A stretch of 64,000 nucleotides of DNA. Source: Candidatus Dojkabacteria bacterium. Lineage in GTDB: Bacteria > Patescibacteriota > Dojkabacteria > SC72 > JAFGCJ01. Made by a program: the position numbers and the translations under genes. The notes under the pieces are model-generated. The model did no database searches. It saw only the letters and a list, made by a program, of their open reading frames with translations, and was not told the origin of the DNA. Positions 53,056-62,015 of the stretch are shown here, in pieces. Position 1 is the first letter of the stretch, and every line of letters starts with the position of its first letter. The DNA is taken from positions 14,288-78,287 of the forward strand of contig JAFGIK010000026.1 in the NCBI GenBank assembly GCA_016929645.1, written 5' to 3'.

Positions 53056-53084
53056 GAGATCTTTCTGATTAAGAGATAGCAAGA

Positions 53085-53115
53085 AGGGAGCGGCCGCAAG
53101 GCCGCTCCCTCTTTT
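53085..53115 (+). terminator. Rho-independent terminator
   Basis: agggagcggcc-GCAA-ggccgctccct followed by ctttt, after the surface-protein stop. Confidence 0.88.
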
Positions 53116-53183
53116 ATGATCAAATATCCAACGGTCAATACGGCCGGTGGATTACTCCCTTATCAACCACCCCACTCTGGGCC

Positions 53184-53669
53184 CTATACTAAACCCTCAA
53201 CATCTTTAATAAAATCAACAACACCTTTCTCAATCCTTGTGGTCAATTCTTCTTGATTATCAAAATCAGGGTCTTCAACTAAAGTGTATTCAAGAATCGA
53301 ATCGTAGCCATCAAGACTTGGCGGCGTACGGTATTTTCCAAGATCCTTTTTCTGCATCAGATCCAAATATTTTTTTTGTACGTTTTTATTATATCCTGAC
53401 AACCATACCTCAAATCTAGTATCTTCATGAATAAAAACTACTGCAATTTTTAATTTTTTCGACTTAAGAGATTCAGGAATTATTGAGAAATACGTCATAT
53501 CCATATACCCTTGATAAAGTCCTCCTGGTAGCGATAGATTAGCATATTGTTTTTGAAAATATGTCTTCAGCTTCAACATATACTTTAAAATTTCCCGATA
53601 GGCTGTAGGAACATCACCTTTTTGCATTTGGAGTCTGTATTCTTGAATATTGTCATTTATTGATTTCAT
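53184..53669 (-). CDS. Conserved hypothetical protein
   Basis: LYQGYMDMTYF...LKIAVVFIHE..RFEVWLSGYNK; function unknown. Confidence 0.8.
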   Translation of the reverse strand: MKSINDNIQEYRLQMQKGDVPTAYREILKYMLKLKTYFQKQYANLSLPGGLYQGYMDMTYFSIIPESLKSKKLKIAVVFIHEDTRFEVWLSGYNKNVQKKYLDLMQKKDLGKYRTPPSLDGYDSILEYTLVEDPDFDNQEELTTRIEKGVVDFIKDVEGLV

Positions 53670-53756
53670 ATCGAATTGGAGGATGATAAATTAATATATT
53701 TAATTATAGCAATTATGAAACCATAGCATAGCAAATCAACACCACTCCACCCAAAA

Positions 53757-54422
53757 TCAATCCCAGCTCCACAAATATTTTTTATATTTTTGATTTAAAT
53801 TTTCATCACCCTTAAAAACACATCCATCTTTTACATAAAATGGTTCTTCATTATAACTTTTTCTTGAGAAAATGCCTCGGAAAATATCCGAAAGAACCGC
53901 AGCGTCATCGTAATAAATGCACAGAGTCCCAGGAAAACCACCTGTCAGCATACTTGGCCTTTTACGGGAATAAACGATTTTAGGCAGGAAAAAGCCGACT
54001 TGAAGCTCCTGACCTATTCCGTTTGAGCTCAGGTTATAATCATACACAACTACCTCTGATGTTAGAATTCTTGAAAAATCAAGATCAACAATTTCTTCTG
54101 GAGATAACCCATGATCAGTTTTGGTCTTTCTTTCATATCTTTTTAATGATTTTCCAGGATTCGTTTTCTCATAGGGTGCCCAAATATCCCAACCCAGAGA
54201 TCGTATATGAGAAGTGACAAAATTTCGTTCCTGCTCATAAAGTGGCGTATAATTCTCATGGTTTGAGAAAGAAACACTGTGGTATATGGAATTTGGAGTA
54301 AAAGAAAAGGCATCCTGGAGATTAGATTTGTCATGAAGAGTTCTAAGAAAAAGATTGAGAAATTTCTTCTGGACTTTACATCGAGTATTTATATATTTTT
54401 CCCAATTTAAGTTGCTTACCAT
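53757..54422 (-). CDS. Nucleoside 2-deoxyribosyltransferase/Rcl-like fold protein
   Basis: WAPYEKT...IVDLDFSRILTSEVVV...SNGIGQEL matches the NDT D..SxGxxxE motif. Confidence 0.65.
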   Translation of the reverse strand: MVSNLNWEKYINTRCKVQKKFLNLFLRTLHDKSNLQDAFSFTPNSIYHSVSFSNHENYTPLYEQERNFVTSHIRSLGWDIWAPYEKTNPGKSLKRYERKTKTDHGLSPEEIVDLDFSRILTSEVVVYDYNLSSNGIGQELQVGFFLPKIVYSRKRPSMLTGGFPGTLCIYYDDAAVLSDIFRGIFSRKSYNEEPFYVKDGCVFKGDENLNQKYKKYLWSWD

Positions 54423-54507
54423 AATTTCATTTTTTTAAATTGTTTTAGTGAAATTTTCTAAATCATATATATCAAGCCATGAGATGCAGATTTTAGATTT
54501 TCGAAGA

Positions 54508-54759
54508 TTAGTTCGAAAAAGTTGCAAATAATGCTATAACAGCACTGAGCATAGAAGAAATCGCAGAGATAAGAGCTATTATCCAAAGTTGATGTTCTCT
54601 AATTGATCGTTCCGCCTCAATAACTCGTCGCTGAAGCTCAGAGTCATCAGCTCTCTTGTGTCTACCCATACTACTACAAGTTATTGCATCGCCTTGAGTA
54701 TCAACACCTAATCTACGGGCATATTCTTCAAGTTTTTCACCCTCTAGCAATTTTTTCAT
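54508..54759 (-). CDS. Small hypothetical protein with C-terminal TM
   Basis: SD aggag upstream; hydrophobic C-terminus. Confidence 0.6.
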   Translation of the reverse strand: MKKLLEGEKLEEYARRLGVDTQGDAITCSSMGRHKRADDSELQRRVIEAERSIREHQLWIIALISAISSMLSAVIALFATFSN

Positions 54760-54778
54760 ATTTTAGGAGATTAATAAG

Positions 54779-55948
54779 TTAACTATTTTTCTCTAGCCAT
54801 GCCTTCACTTCCACTATAGCATATTCTTGCAACTCCTCTATATTTACCAATTCTATCTTTTCATTAAATTTCTCCAGAAGGTCGTAGTGATTCAGATTGC
54901 TTTCATAACATATTGAATGAGGAACATTTTCTTTTTTAACTGCAAATACAATTTTTCTAATCCCTGCCCAATAAGCTCTCGACAAACACATTAAGCATGG
55001 CTCCATTGAGGCATACAACATGCAATCAGTAAGTTGTTCATTAAGCTCGTTTATTGCTATATCAATTGATTTTGATTCTGGGTGAAAGTTGATCTTAGGA
55101 AACGAGGTCGAAGTTGTTTTTGATATTACCTTTCCGTCTTTTACTATAACTGCACCTGCAGGGAATGCTCCTTCATCATAGGATTGATGAGACATTTCTA
55201 TTGCCATTTTTAAATATTCTATGTCTTTATCGTTGTAATCATACTTCTTGATAACTTGAATTGTCCCTGATTTACTTGATCGTAAAATATCCAAAAATAA
55301 TTCAGCTATCTTTTCAGGCGACACAGCATCCTTTGCATATTCTGGAAACCATTTTGTATACTCTTCTGTCGCAGTGTCTGAAGGAGATATTCCGTTCACA
55401 TAGATTTTTTGGTCTTTAAGTTCATCAGCTAAACCGTATGTAAGATCTTCAAGAGCTTTCTTTGAGGCATAATATGGAATCCAACCTTTGCCACCGTTCT
55501 CAAAAGTACCTGAAAGGTTAATAATATGGGAACCTTTATTCATGTATGGTAATAGTCCGTGAATAATTAGGGATGGGGCAGTAAAGCCTACCGAGTATGT
55601 ATCTGTTATTACTTTTTCACCAAAGGTTTCAAAATCTTTTCCTGCAAATACTTCCTTATCATCGTGCCAGATACCCGCAATATTTAAAATAGCATCTATT
55701 CCCGAGTAATTTCCTGCCTTGCAATTATCAATTACTTCATTAAGAAATCCCTTGATATTAAGCTCATCAGTTAGGTCAACTGTATAATATTCAGCTTCGC
55801 CTCCTTTTGATTTAATGTCTCTCACTATTTGGTCTAGTTTGTTGCTGCTTCTCGCAACAAGCAATACCCTATAGCCGTTCTTTGCAAGTTTATTGGCAAC
55901 AGCTTTCCCTATGCCTGTACTTGCTCCAGTTATTATTGCTGTTTTCAT
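54779..55948 (-). CDS. SDR oxidoreductase fused to a CDA-fold (guanine/TadA-like) deaminase
   Basis: TGASTGIG, NIAG, YYASK; then PAGAVIVKDG, HPE, SMEPCLMC, WAGIRKIVF. Confidence 0.88.
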   Translation of the reverse strand: MKTAIITGASTGIGKAVANKLAKNGYRVLLVARSSNKLDQIVRDIKSKGGEAEYYTVDLTDELNIKGFLNEVIDNCKAGNYSGIDAILNIAGIWHDDKEVFAGKDFETFGEKVITDTYSVGFTAPSLIIHGLLPYMNKGSHIINLSGTFENGGKGWIPYYASKKALEDLTYGLADELKDQKIYVNGISPSDTATEEYTKWFPEYAKDAVSPEKIAELFLDILRSSKSGTIQVIKKYDYNDKDIEYLKMAIEMSHQSYDEGAFPAGAVIVKDGKVISKTTSTSFPKINFHPESKSIDIAINELNEQLTDCMLYASMEPCLMCLSRAYWAGIRKIVFAVKKENVPHSICYESNLNHYDLLEKFNEKIELVNIEELQEYAIVEVKAWLEKNS

Positions 55949-56024
55949 TGATTATCTTAAATATCTTAATTAATTAGACTAATTGTTCAGCAAATTATTG
56001 CCTATTAGATTAGTCAAAGGATTA

Positions 56025-56291
56025 TCAGAAATTTTTATATAAACGAACCTGACTCTTTTTTAGGTAACCACTATTTCTAAGTGTATTTATGGTTTCCATA
56101 CTATCTTTAACAAATCCTATATGAGAATCTGTTTTTAAAGGTATATATCCAATAATACCACATCTTTTGCCGTCGATATTAATAATATGATAGATGGAAT
56201 ATTCAGAAGGGTGAACAATTTTATCCCGATCTGAGATCGTTTGGTAATAATTTATATCAAAATCTACAAGCTCAATTTCCATTTCTTGCAA
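56025..56291 (-). pseudogene. Possible internally deleted GNAT-like gene
   Basis: GKRCGIIGYI...HIGF N-terminal GNAT-like strands join a C-terminal-like tail; no acetyl-CoA-binding RGxG motif. Confidence 0.35.
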
Positions 56292-56349
56292 TGATAGAAA
56301 TATAAATTGTATCTAAAGTATTTATGATTAATTGATTGTTGCTGGCACT

Positions 56350-57153
56350 CTACTCCACAACACAAGATCCTGTACTATCTATCACAGTCATATTCTTTCC
56401 ATGATTCCACATAAAATCAAAAACTTTTTTCTGCATTTCACTAAGTTTTGTATTATAAATTTCCACACCCCAGATTCCTCTTTGAGTTACGCCGTACAGA
56501 CAATAAACGTTATTATAAATCATTAGCTCGACCGACATATCAATAATGCTTGAATCAATATACCTGATATCCCATAAACCAAGAAATTCTGTAACGTCAG
56601 TCCAACCTTTAACTGCCTTTTCATTTGTAAGTTCTCTGTACTTAATATTATTCTTAACATATTCTGCCCTAACGCTGTCATAAAAACCGAAATCTAAATA
56701 TGGAGATAGCTCAGCAACTTCAAAAAGTCTTATTTCTTGTTCAGCTTTTTGAGAATTCCACATAATTTGCTTAAGACCAGCAATTCCAGAGTAGTGAACA
56801 ATTTTTGAGTCCTTTTCAACTCTGGAATATACCTTTGATAGAGTATCAATAGTTTTTTCCACCACCAGAGCTCTTTTTTTTAGAACATCTTTCTTTTCTT
56901 CAAGAATGCCAGCAAGAGAGTCTATTCTCCGAACAACATATATCGAAGATTTATTCTTATCTTTCTTATCAACAAGGGAGAGTTTTGCAAGATGACTCAA
57001 GGATTGACTAATTGCATAATGACTTAGCTTACTTTCATTAACCAATTGTGTAATCGTACGAGGTCCATGATTAATCAGATGCAAAAATATTGATGTTTCA
57101 TCTTTTGAGAGACCAAGTTTTTCAAGATACTCACGAATATAGATTTCTTTCAT
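56350..57153 (-). CDS. TrmB-family transcriptional regulator
   Basis: LEKLGLSKDE..IFL.L HTH; KIVHYSGIAGLKQ; IYNNV...VEIYN..L...QK..FD..W. Confidence 0.85.
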   Translation of the reverse strand: MKEIYIREYLEKLGLSKDETSIFLHLINHGPRTITQLVNESKLSHYAISQSLSHLAKLSLVDKKDKNKSSIYVVRRIDSLAGILEEKKDVLKKRALVVEKTIDTLSKVYSRVEKDSKIVHYSGIAGLKQIMWNSQKAEQEIRLFEVAELSPYLDFGFYDSVRAEYVKNNIKYRELTNEKAVKGWTDVTEFLGLWDIRYIDSSIIDMSVELMIYNNVYCLYGVTQRGIWGVEIYNTKLSEMQKKVFDFMWNHGKNMTVIDSTGSCVVE

Positions 57154-57965
57154 AACGAAATTTTCGTTTTACCAAAGTAATTAACTAACTTCATCGGCTT
57201 GGAGAACTTCCAAACAAGATCAAAAATATCCTTTTGCATATCAGCCAATGACTGATTATAGATTTCTACACAAAAAAGTTGACCTTCACTGTAGTCATAC
57301 ATACTATAAACATTATTATAAATAGCACATTCAAATATGATCGGTAACTGTTTTTTTTCAACATAGCGCACTTGCCAAAAATTTTTAACAAACTCATCTA
57401 CATCTGTAAACTCTTCAAAGTTACTAAGATTCGTAAGCTGATAATCCATTATTTTATTACGTACAAACTCAATTATTACTTCCCTACAAAAATTATCACT
57501 GGTAAAATCGTTTAGCATCGAAATTTCATATATTCTAAATTCATCTTTGGATTTAGTCTGATTCCATAATGCTTGCATAAAACCGTCATAGCCCTCATAG
57601 TATTTAACCTCAGTATCCTTGATATCATATTGAATTTTATCCGACAAAAACTCCATAACCCTAGGTAAATCATCCTCAAGGCTTTTCATTTCAACTTCGT
57701 CACCCCAGATTTTCATTTTAAGATCATCGTAAGAACATGTCTCAAAAAGAGTACTGTTTTCACCAATTACCTCTCTTACGAGCTGCTTTGAAATCAAATT
57801 ACGAAGGGCGCGATAAAGATTAGTTCTACTCGTATTCATATTCTTCTTAATGGTACTTACACTTGAAAGTCCAACCTTTAAAAGAAAGAAGTAAATATCA
57901 GCCTCTATTGGAGTTAAACCTAAAGATTTTTGGATTGTAGCATTACGATTATTCGTCTGAATCAT
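57150..57965 (-). CDS. TrmB-family transcriptional regulator (tandem paralog)
   Basis: LGLTPIEADIY..LL..RTNLYR.L HTH; EVKYYEGYDG; IYNNV...VEIYN...QKDIFDLVW. Confidence 0.87.
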   Translation of the reverse strand: MIQTNNRNATIQKSLGLTPIEADIYFFLLKVGLSSVSTIKKNMNTSRTNLYRALRNLISKQLVREVIGENSTLFETCSYDDLKMKIWGDEVEMKSLEDDLPRVMEFLSDKIQYDIKDTEVKYYEGYDGFMQALWNQTKSKDEFRIYEISMLNDFTSDNFCREVIIEFVRNKIMDYQLTNLSNFEEFTDVDEFVKNFWQVRYVEKKQLPIIFECAIYNNVYSMYDYSEGQLFCVEIYNQSLADMQKDIFDLVWKFSKPMKLVNYFGKTKISL

Positions 57966-58131
57966 AAGCCCTATAGTTATGTAAAGTTATGCATCAATTA
58001 TATCAGAAATAGTTCATCATGTCCACCGATATCATAGGACACGGAAATTTAAAACTTGTGATATTTCCTAGTACACCAAAATCAATGGTCAGAGTGCAAA
58101 AAAAAACAATAAGTATTATCATACTAAATAG

Positions 58132-58899
58132 ATGAATAATATATCCAAATCACAGAAGAAGACAGCACTCGTAACCGGAGCCTCTAGAGGTATAGGTAAA
58201 TCAATTGCAGAGGCACTTATCAATAACGGTTTTTTCGTCTATGCCACATACAATTCCACAGATATTTCAGATATGGAAAAAAAACATAAGGATAGTCTTG
58301 AATTTATCAAAGTTGATTTCAAATCTACACAGGATTTGCAAAAGTTTATTAAAAATATACAGAAACATAACTTTGATTTAGTTATTAACAATGCAGGGAT
58401 GTTCGAACAGGAAGTTTTTGATAAATACGATCACGATATCTGGTATAACACATTCCAAGTTAATCTACATACAGCCTTCGAAATATGCATAAATCTCATC
58501 GAAAACATTAAAGAAGATGGAAGTATTATTAACATCGCAAGCACTGATGGATATCAAGGATCATTTGGAAGTATGGCATACGCGGCAAGCAAAGCAGCAC
58601 TTCTAAATCTCACAAAAAGCCTGGCTAATAACTATGGAGCACTTGGAGTACGAGTAAACTCAATTTCTCCAGGATGGATAAACACATCAATGGCAACAGA
58701 TGCATCATACGAGGCTGCAAGTCTTTCTCCTCTTGGACGGAATGGTAAACCAGAGGAAATATCAGACGTTGTTTTGTGGCTTGCTTCCGACGCTGCGAGA
58801 TTTGTCACAGGATCTGATATAAAGGTCGATGGCGGATACACAAATGTGGACTACATTATGAAGAAAGAAGCAGAAGATATAAAGAATCAGGAACAATAG
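58132..58899 (+). CDS. Classical SDR family oxidoreductase
   Basis: TGASRGIG, NNAG, YAASK, VNSISPGWINT, GSDIKVDGG. Confidence 0.92.
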   Translation: MNNISKSQKKTALVTGASRGIGKSIAEALINNGFFVYATYNSTDISDMEKKHKDSLEFIKVDFKSTQDLQKFIKNIQKHNFDLVINNAGMFEQEVFDKYDHDIWYNTFQVNLHTAFEICINLIENIKEDGSIINIASTDGYQGSFGSMAYAASKAALLNLTKSLANNYGALGVRVNSISPGWINTSMATDASYEAASLSPLGRNGKPEEISDVVLWLASDAARFVTGSDIKVDGGYTNVDYIMKKEAEDIKNQEQ

Positions 58900-59000
58900 C
58901 TTTGCTACAAAGTACTCAAACTAACTAAAGGAACACACATCCTAGCAATTCAGGGTATAATGTATAAAGAAGATATTACTTTTCTATATTCGCTGAAGTT

Positions 59001-59906
59001 ATGATTAAATTCCAGAAGAGCTCAACAGTATTAATCATCGTTATTTGTATCTTTGTATTTGTCGCTAATATTCCTTTTATTTACAAGACTGTTTCAATAA
59101 ATCTCGCTTCAAGTCCCTATAGGGATAGTATTCTTAACCAAAGAAGACATCCCAGAGCAGATCTTCAAACTGATAATAACCATTTGTCTAAAAATACATC
59201 GAAGGCACTTCAACTGGAGCAGTTAGATTTAAAAAATACTGAATATCCAAAAATACAGATAGATAGGGAGTATTGGATTTATATTAATTACTTAGAATCT
59301 GGAGAAAAACTTGCTGTGATCGCAGATGATCTTGATGCTGAATCTCAAACCTTGTCATTTTGGAAATATGATGGTTCTTCCTGGTTAAGATTAAATGAGT
59401 GTTCTAATTTAATCTTATTTGTAACAAAACCTAGCAAAGAAGCTCTTCAATCATATATAAATTACGAGGATTTCAATAATGATGGACTTACAGATGTCTC
59501 TGTTTTCATGAACCCAGGAAGCTCAGCAAATATGACATACAAGATTTGGGTCCAAGAATCAAATTGTTCTAGCTTTATTGCAACTTCAGAATTTGGACAA
59601 CCGCAAGTAAAGGATGGTCTACTAAGATCTATGTACTATTATGGTGCTGGAACTTATTTCACTATCGTTTACTATGATTGGAATGGTCTCACATTTTATC
59701 CTGTTAAAACGGTTACTATAACAACAAATGGCAAGATAGTTGGTAAAGATGACAATCATGATCTTTATGATTGGGAAGTAGTAATAAACAAAGTCGTTGA
59801 TTATGGTTCTTACCCATACGGTTACGTACAAAATGAACCTTGGGTACTTGAAGAAATTAGCAGGGAAGTATTTACATCAAAAGAATCAAGAGTTAATGAG
59901 TATTAA
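59001..59906 (+). CDS. Hypothetical secreted/membrane-anchored protein
   Basis: N-terminal TM; DFNNDGLTD (FG-GAP/EF-hand-like) motif. Confidence 0.7.
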   Translation: MIKFQKSSTVLIIVICIFVFVANIPFIYKTVSINLASSPYRDSILNQRRHPRADLQTDNNHLSKNTSKALQLEQLDLKNTEYPKIQIDREYWIYINYLESGEKLAVIADDLDAESQTLSFWKYDGSSWLRLNECSNLILFVTKPSKEALQSYINYEDFNNDGLTDVSVFMNPGSSANMTYKIWVQESNCSSFIATSEFGQPQVKDGLLRSMYYYGAGTYFTIVYYDWNGLTFYPVKTVTITTNGKIVGKDDNHDLYDWEVVINKVVDYGSYPYGYVQNEPWVLEEISREVFTSKESRVNEY

Positions 59907-59981
59907 CACAAGTATGTAAAATAAATTCTATCAAAACCATCTGTTTCTTTACTTCTTTGTCTCATTCTCTATCAATGTATA

Positions 59982-60899
59982 CTACAACCAGTTAACTTTT
60001 ATTATGTGACTTGTAAAATCTGTTTTAAACCATAAGTCCCCATTTGAACTGTCAACTAGATATCTCGCTATCGTAACGGCATGAGTAGCTTGATCATCAG
60101 CAACAAGTTCGTAAACCCAGATTTGCCAATAATTACAAGATTTGTATCCTTCTCCGATTTCAACACGGAATTCAATACTTACTCGATCATCGTCAGATAC
60201 AGCTTTTATGTATTCCTGAATATATGGTAGATCCCTAATCAAATTTAAGGCTTCATCATAAGATATTACTGGCCCATTCATAGTCCCATTTGTGCATATG
60301 GGTTCTGAATACTCTTTGTATTCAAGTAAATCAATACTGTCGTTGTGTAAATCGTACTTAAAATAACCTTTTATTTCTCCATCACACATTATTGTTTGTA
60401 TTTCAATATCACCGCCATAATCACGAAATGGATATTTGCTAGTACGGCATAATCCGTCTATCCCAACTTCTTCATTTTTAGCATTCTTAGATTTAGTGAC
60501 TTCAGATACATTTGTCTCCGTGTTTTGTAAATCACTGTTTGACCAAGGCATTGTTGAAACGACTTCAAATCTACTTGGCATTCCACGTATCAACCACTCG
60601 TTGTAATTGAGCATAATGTTAAATTGTTTATAGGAGAACAGTAAAATAATTCCCAACAAACTTATTAGAACTTCAAGAGAAGCAATCTTATTTTTCTTCC
60701 CAGAAAAAAAAATTAGGACTAAAGATAGAACACCAGTAACACAAAATGGAATAATAAAATAATATGGCTCATATCCTGTGTGATTCGTCCCGTTAATGAT
60801 CGGCCATCCAACAATAGTCGCCAAAAGTAAAATATTTATGGCAAGAAATCCTATCTGAATATTATTTGAAACCTTTTGTTTTATTGATTTACTTAACAT
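59982..60899 (-). CDS. Hypothetical membrane protein (three TMs + soluble domain)
   Basis: Three hydrophobic segments, FNIMLNYNEWLIRGMP, C-terminal PepSY-like strands. Confidence 0.7.
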   Translation of the reverse strand: MLSKSIKQKVSNNIQIGFLAINILLLATIVGWPIINGTNHTGYEPYYFIIPFCVTGVLSLVLIFFSGKKNKIASLEVLISLLGIILLFSYKQFNIMLNYNEWLIRGMPSRFEVVSTMPWSNSDLQNTETNVSEVTKSKNAKNEEVGIDGLCRTSKYPFRDYGGDIEIQTIMCDGEIKGYFKYDLHNDSIDLLEYKEYSEPICTNGTMNGPVISYDEALNLIRDLPYIQEYIKAVSDDDRVSIEFRVEIGEGYKSCNYWQIWVYELVADDQATHAVTIARYLVDSSNGDLWFKTDFTSHIIKVNWL

Positions 60900-60955
60900 A
60901 TATGTATTTTATCAAGACATGGTATAGGTTACCAACCTTAAGTTAATAGATACCA

Positions 60956-61009
60956 GACCCGACTTGAACAGGCACCCCACTACTCCCTTTTGGTAGATGT
61001 CTTAATCGG
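60956..61009. repeat. Displaced tRNA-Pro 3' fragment plus linker; imperfect direct repeat of 61811-61847
   Basis: gacccgacttgaac identical to inner tRNA-Pro 61909-61922; ggc-accccactactcccttttggtagatgtcttaatcgg aligns with ggcaaccccacggctccctttt---agatgtataaatcgg. Confidence 0.75.
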
Positions 61010-61115
61010 AAGAATCGTACTATGTACAAACATATTCTTCCTTCTATTGATACAACAGTCTCGTAATGTTCTAGAGCTTAAGAATAAGCGGAAGTTTTTA
61101 TTTGAGATTCCTGAG

Positions 61116-61613
61116 TTAATTTGAATATAACCCTTTATCAGTCATCTGAGATTTAAGTCCTTTGCGTGGGAATTTGATTCTTAAACCATTTGACAGTTTA
61201 AGTTTTAGCATCTGGAATCGATCTCTGTGTAAGGCACTTTTATCCCAATCCAAATTTGGATACAATTCAATCAACGTTTCAATCATATCTTTTGTTGTAA
61301 ATTCAACATGCTCCCAATCAGACTCCCTATTTTCTCCTTTTTCTGGTTCAATAACCTCTATAATATCTATTGAAAAATCATTATATTGAATAGGATTATT
61401 TAAAATGAATATCCCTATTCTTCTATCATTAAAAGTAGTTTCCTCACCAAGTAAGGAAATTGACAATAGTTCAGATTTAATTTTTTCATAATCCTCACTA
61501 GAAGAGGTTTGATATCCTAGATGATCTAAATCCAAATTATCTAAATTTATGCCTGCAGCATTAAAAGCTTGAAAAAATTTCTCAAGGAAATCTTTATATG
61601 AATCAATTAACAT
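61116..61613 (-). CDS. VOC family protein (YecM-like)
   Basis: LDHLGY, NDRRIGIF.L..PI, IEVIEP, WEHVEF, IKF. Confidence 0.85.
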   Translation of the reverse strand: MLIDSYKDFLEKFFQAFNAAGINLDNLDLDHLGYQTSSSEDYEKIKSELLSISLLGEETTFNDRRIGIFILNNPIQYNDFSIDIIEVIEPEKGENRESDWEHVEFTTKDMIETLIELYPNLDWDKSALHRDRFQMLKLKLSNGLRIKFPRKGLKSQMTDKGLYSN

Positions 61614-61885
61614 TATTTATCTTGTGTAAATTTAAAATATATTTGTTCGGAAGTAGTCTGATAACCTATTGAAAATTGGTAATGCCAGACGACTCTCGTT
61701 TCCCTCGCTAGATACATAGATAAAACCTGATCCATGTATCCACACCGATTGCCCTGCAAACTACTGAGTCTATAATCACCACAATGTACATTATATGTAT
61801 ATGGTCGGATGGCAACCCCACGGCTCCCTTTTAGATGTATAAATCGGGGTGACTCGACTTGAACGAGCGACCCCACGCACCCCAT

Positions 61886-62015
61886 TCTGTCAACTTACAA
61901 ATCGGGATGACCCGACTTGAACGGGCGACCTCACGCACCCCATGCGTGCGCACTAGCCAACTGTGCTACATCCCGATTTGTAAGTTGACATCTTTCCCCA
62001 ACATGGGAAACGTCT
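61886..62015 (-). mobile_element. 130-bp insertion (136 bp with one duplicated 6-mer) in the anticodon loop, carrying a complete tRNA-Pro between 15-bp inverted repeats
   Basis: CCCCAT direct repeats at 61880-61885 and 62016-62021; IR tgtcaacttacaaat (61888-61902) / atttgtaagttgaca (61976-61990); hairpin tttccc-caacat-gggaaa (61993-62010); mobility itself is inferred. Confidence 0.7.
61902..61975 (-). tRNA. Intact (inner) tRNA-Pro(GGG)
   Basis: cgggatg/catcccg acceptor, gcac/gtgc D stem, cacgc-atGGGgt-gcgtg, gcccg-ttcaagt-cgggt; CCA not encoded. Confidence 0.95.

Noticed and set aside
53184-61800. Prophage or autonomous integrative element
   Set aside because: No integrase, transposase, phage structural or replication genes are recognisable in the block.
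61886-62015. Group I intron or archaeal-type BHB intron in tRNA-Pro
   Set aside because: Only 56 nt of the insert are non-tRNA, too little for a group I catalytic core; no bulge-helix-bulge is evident; the 6-bp duplication fits an insertion better.
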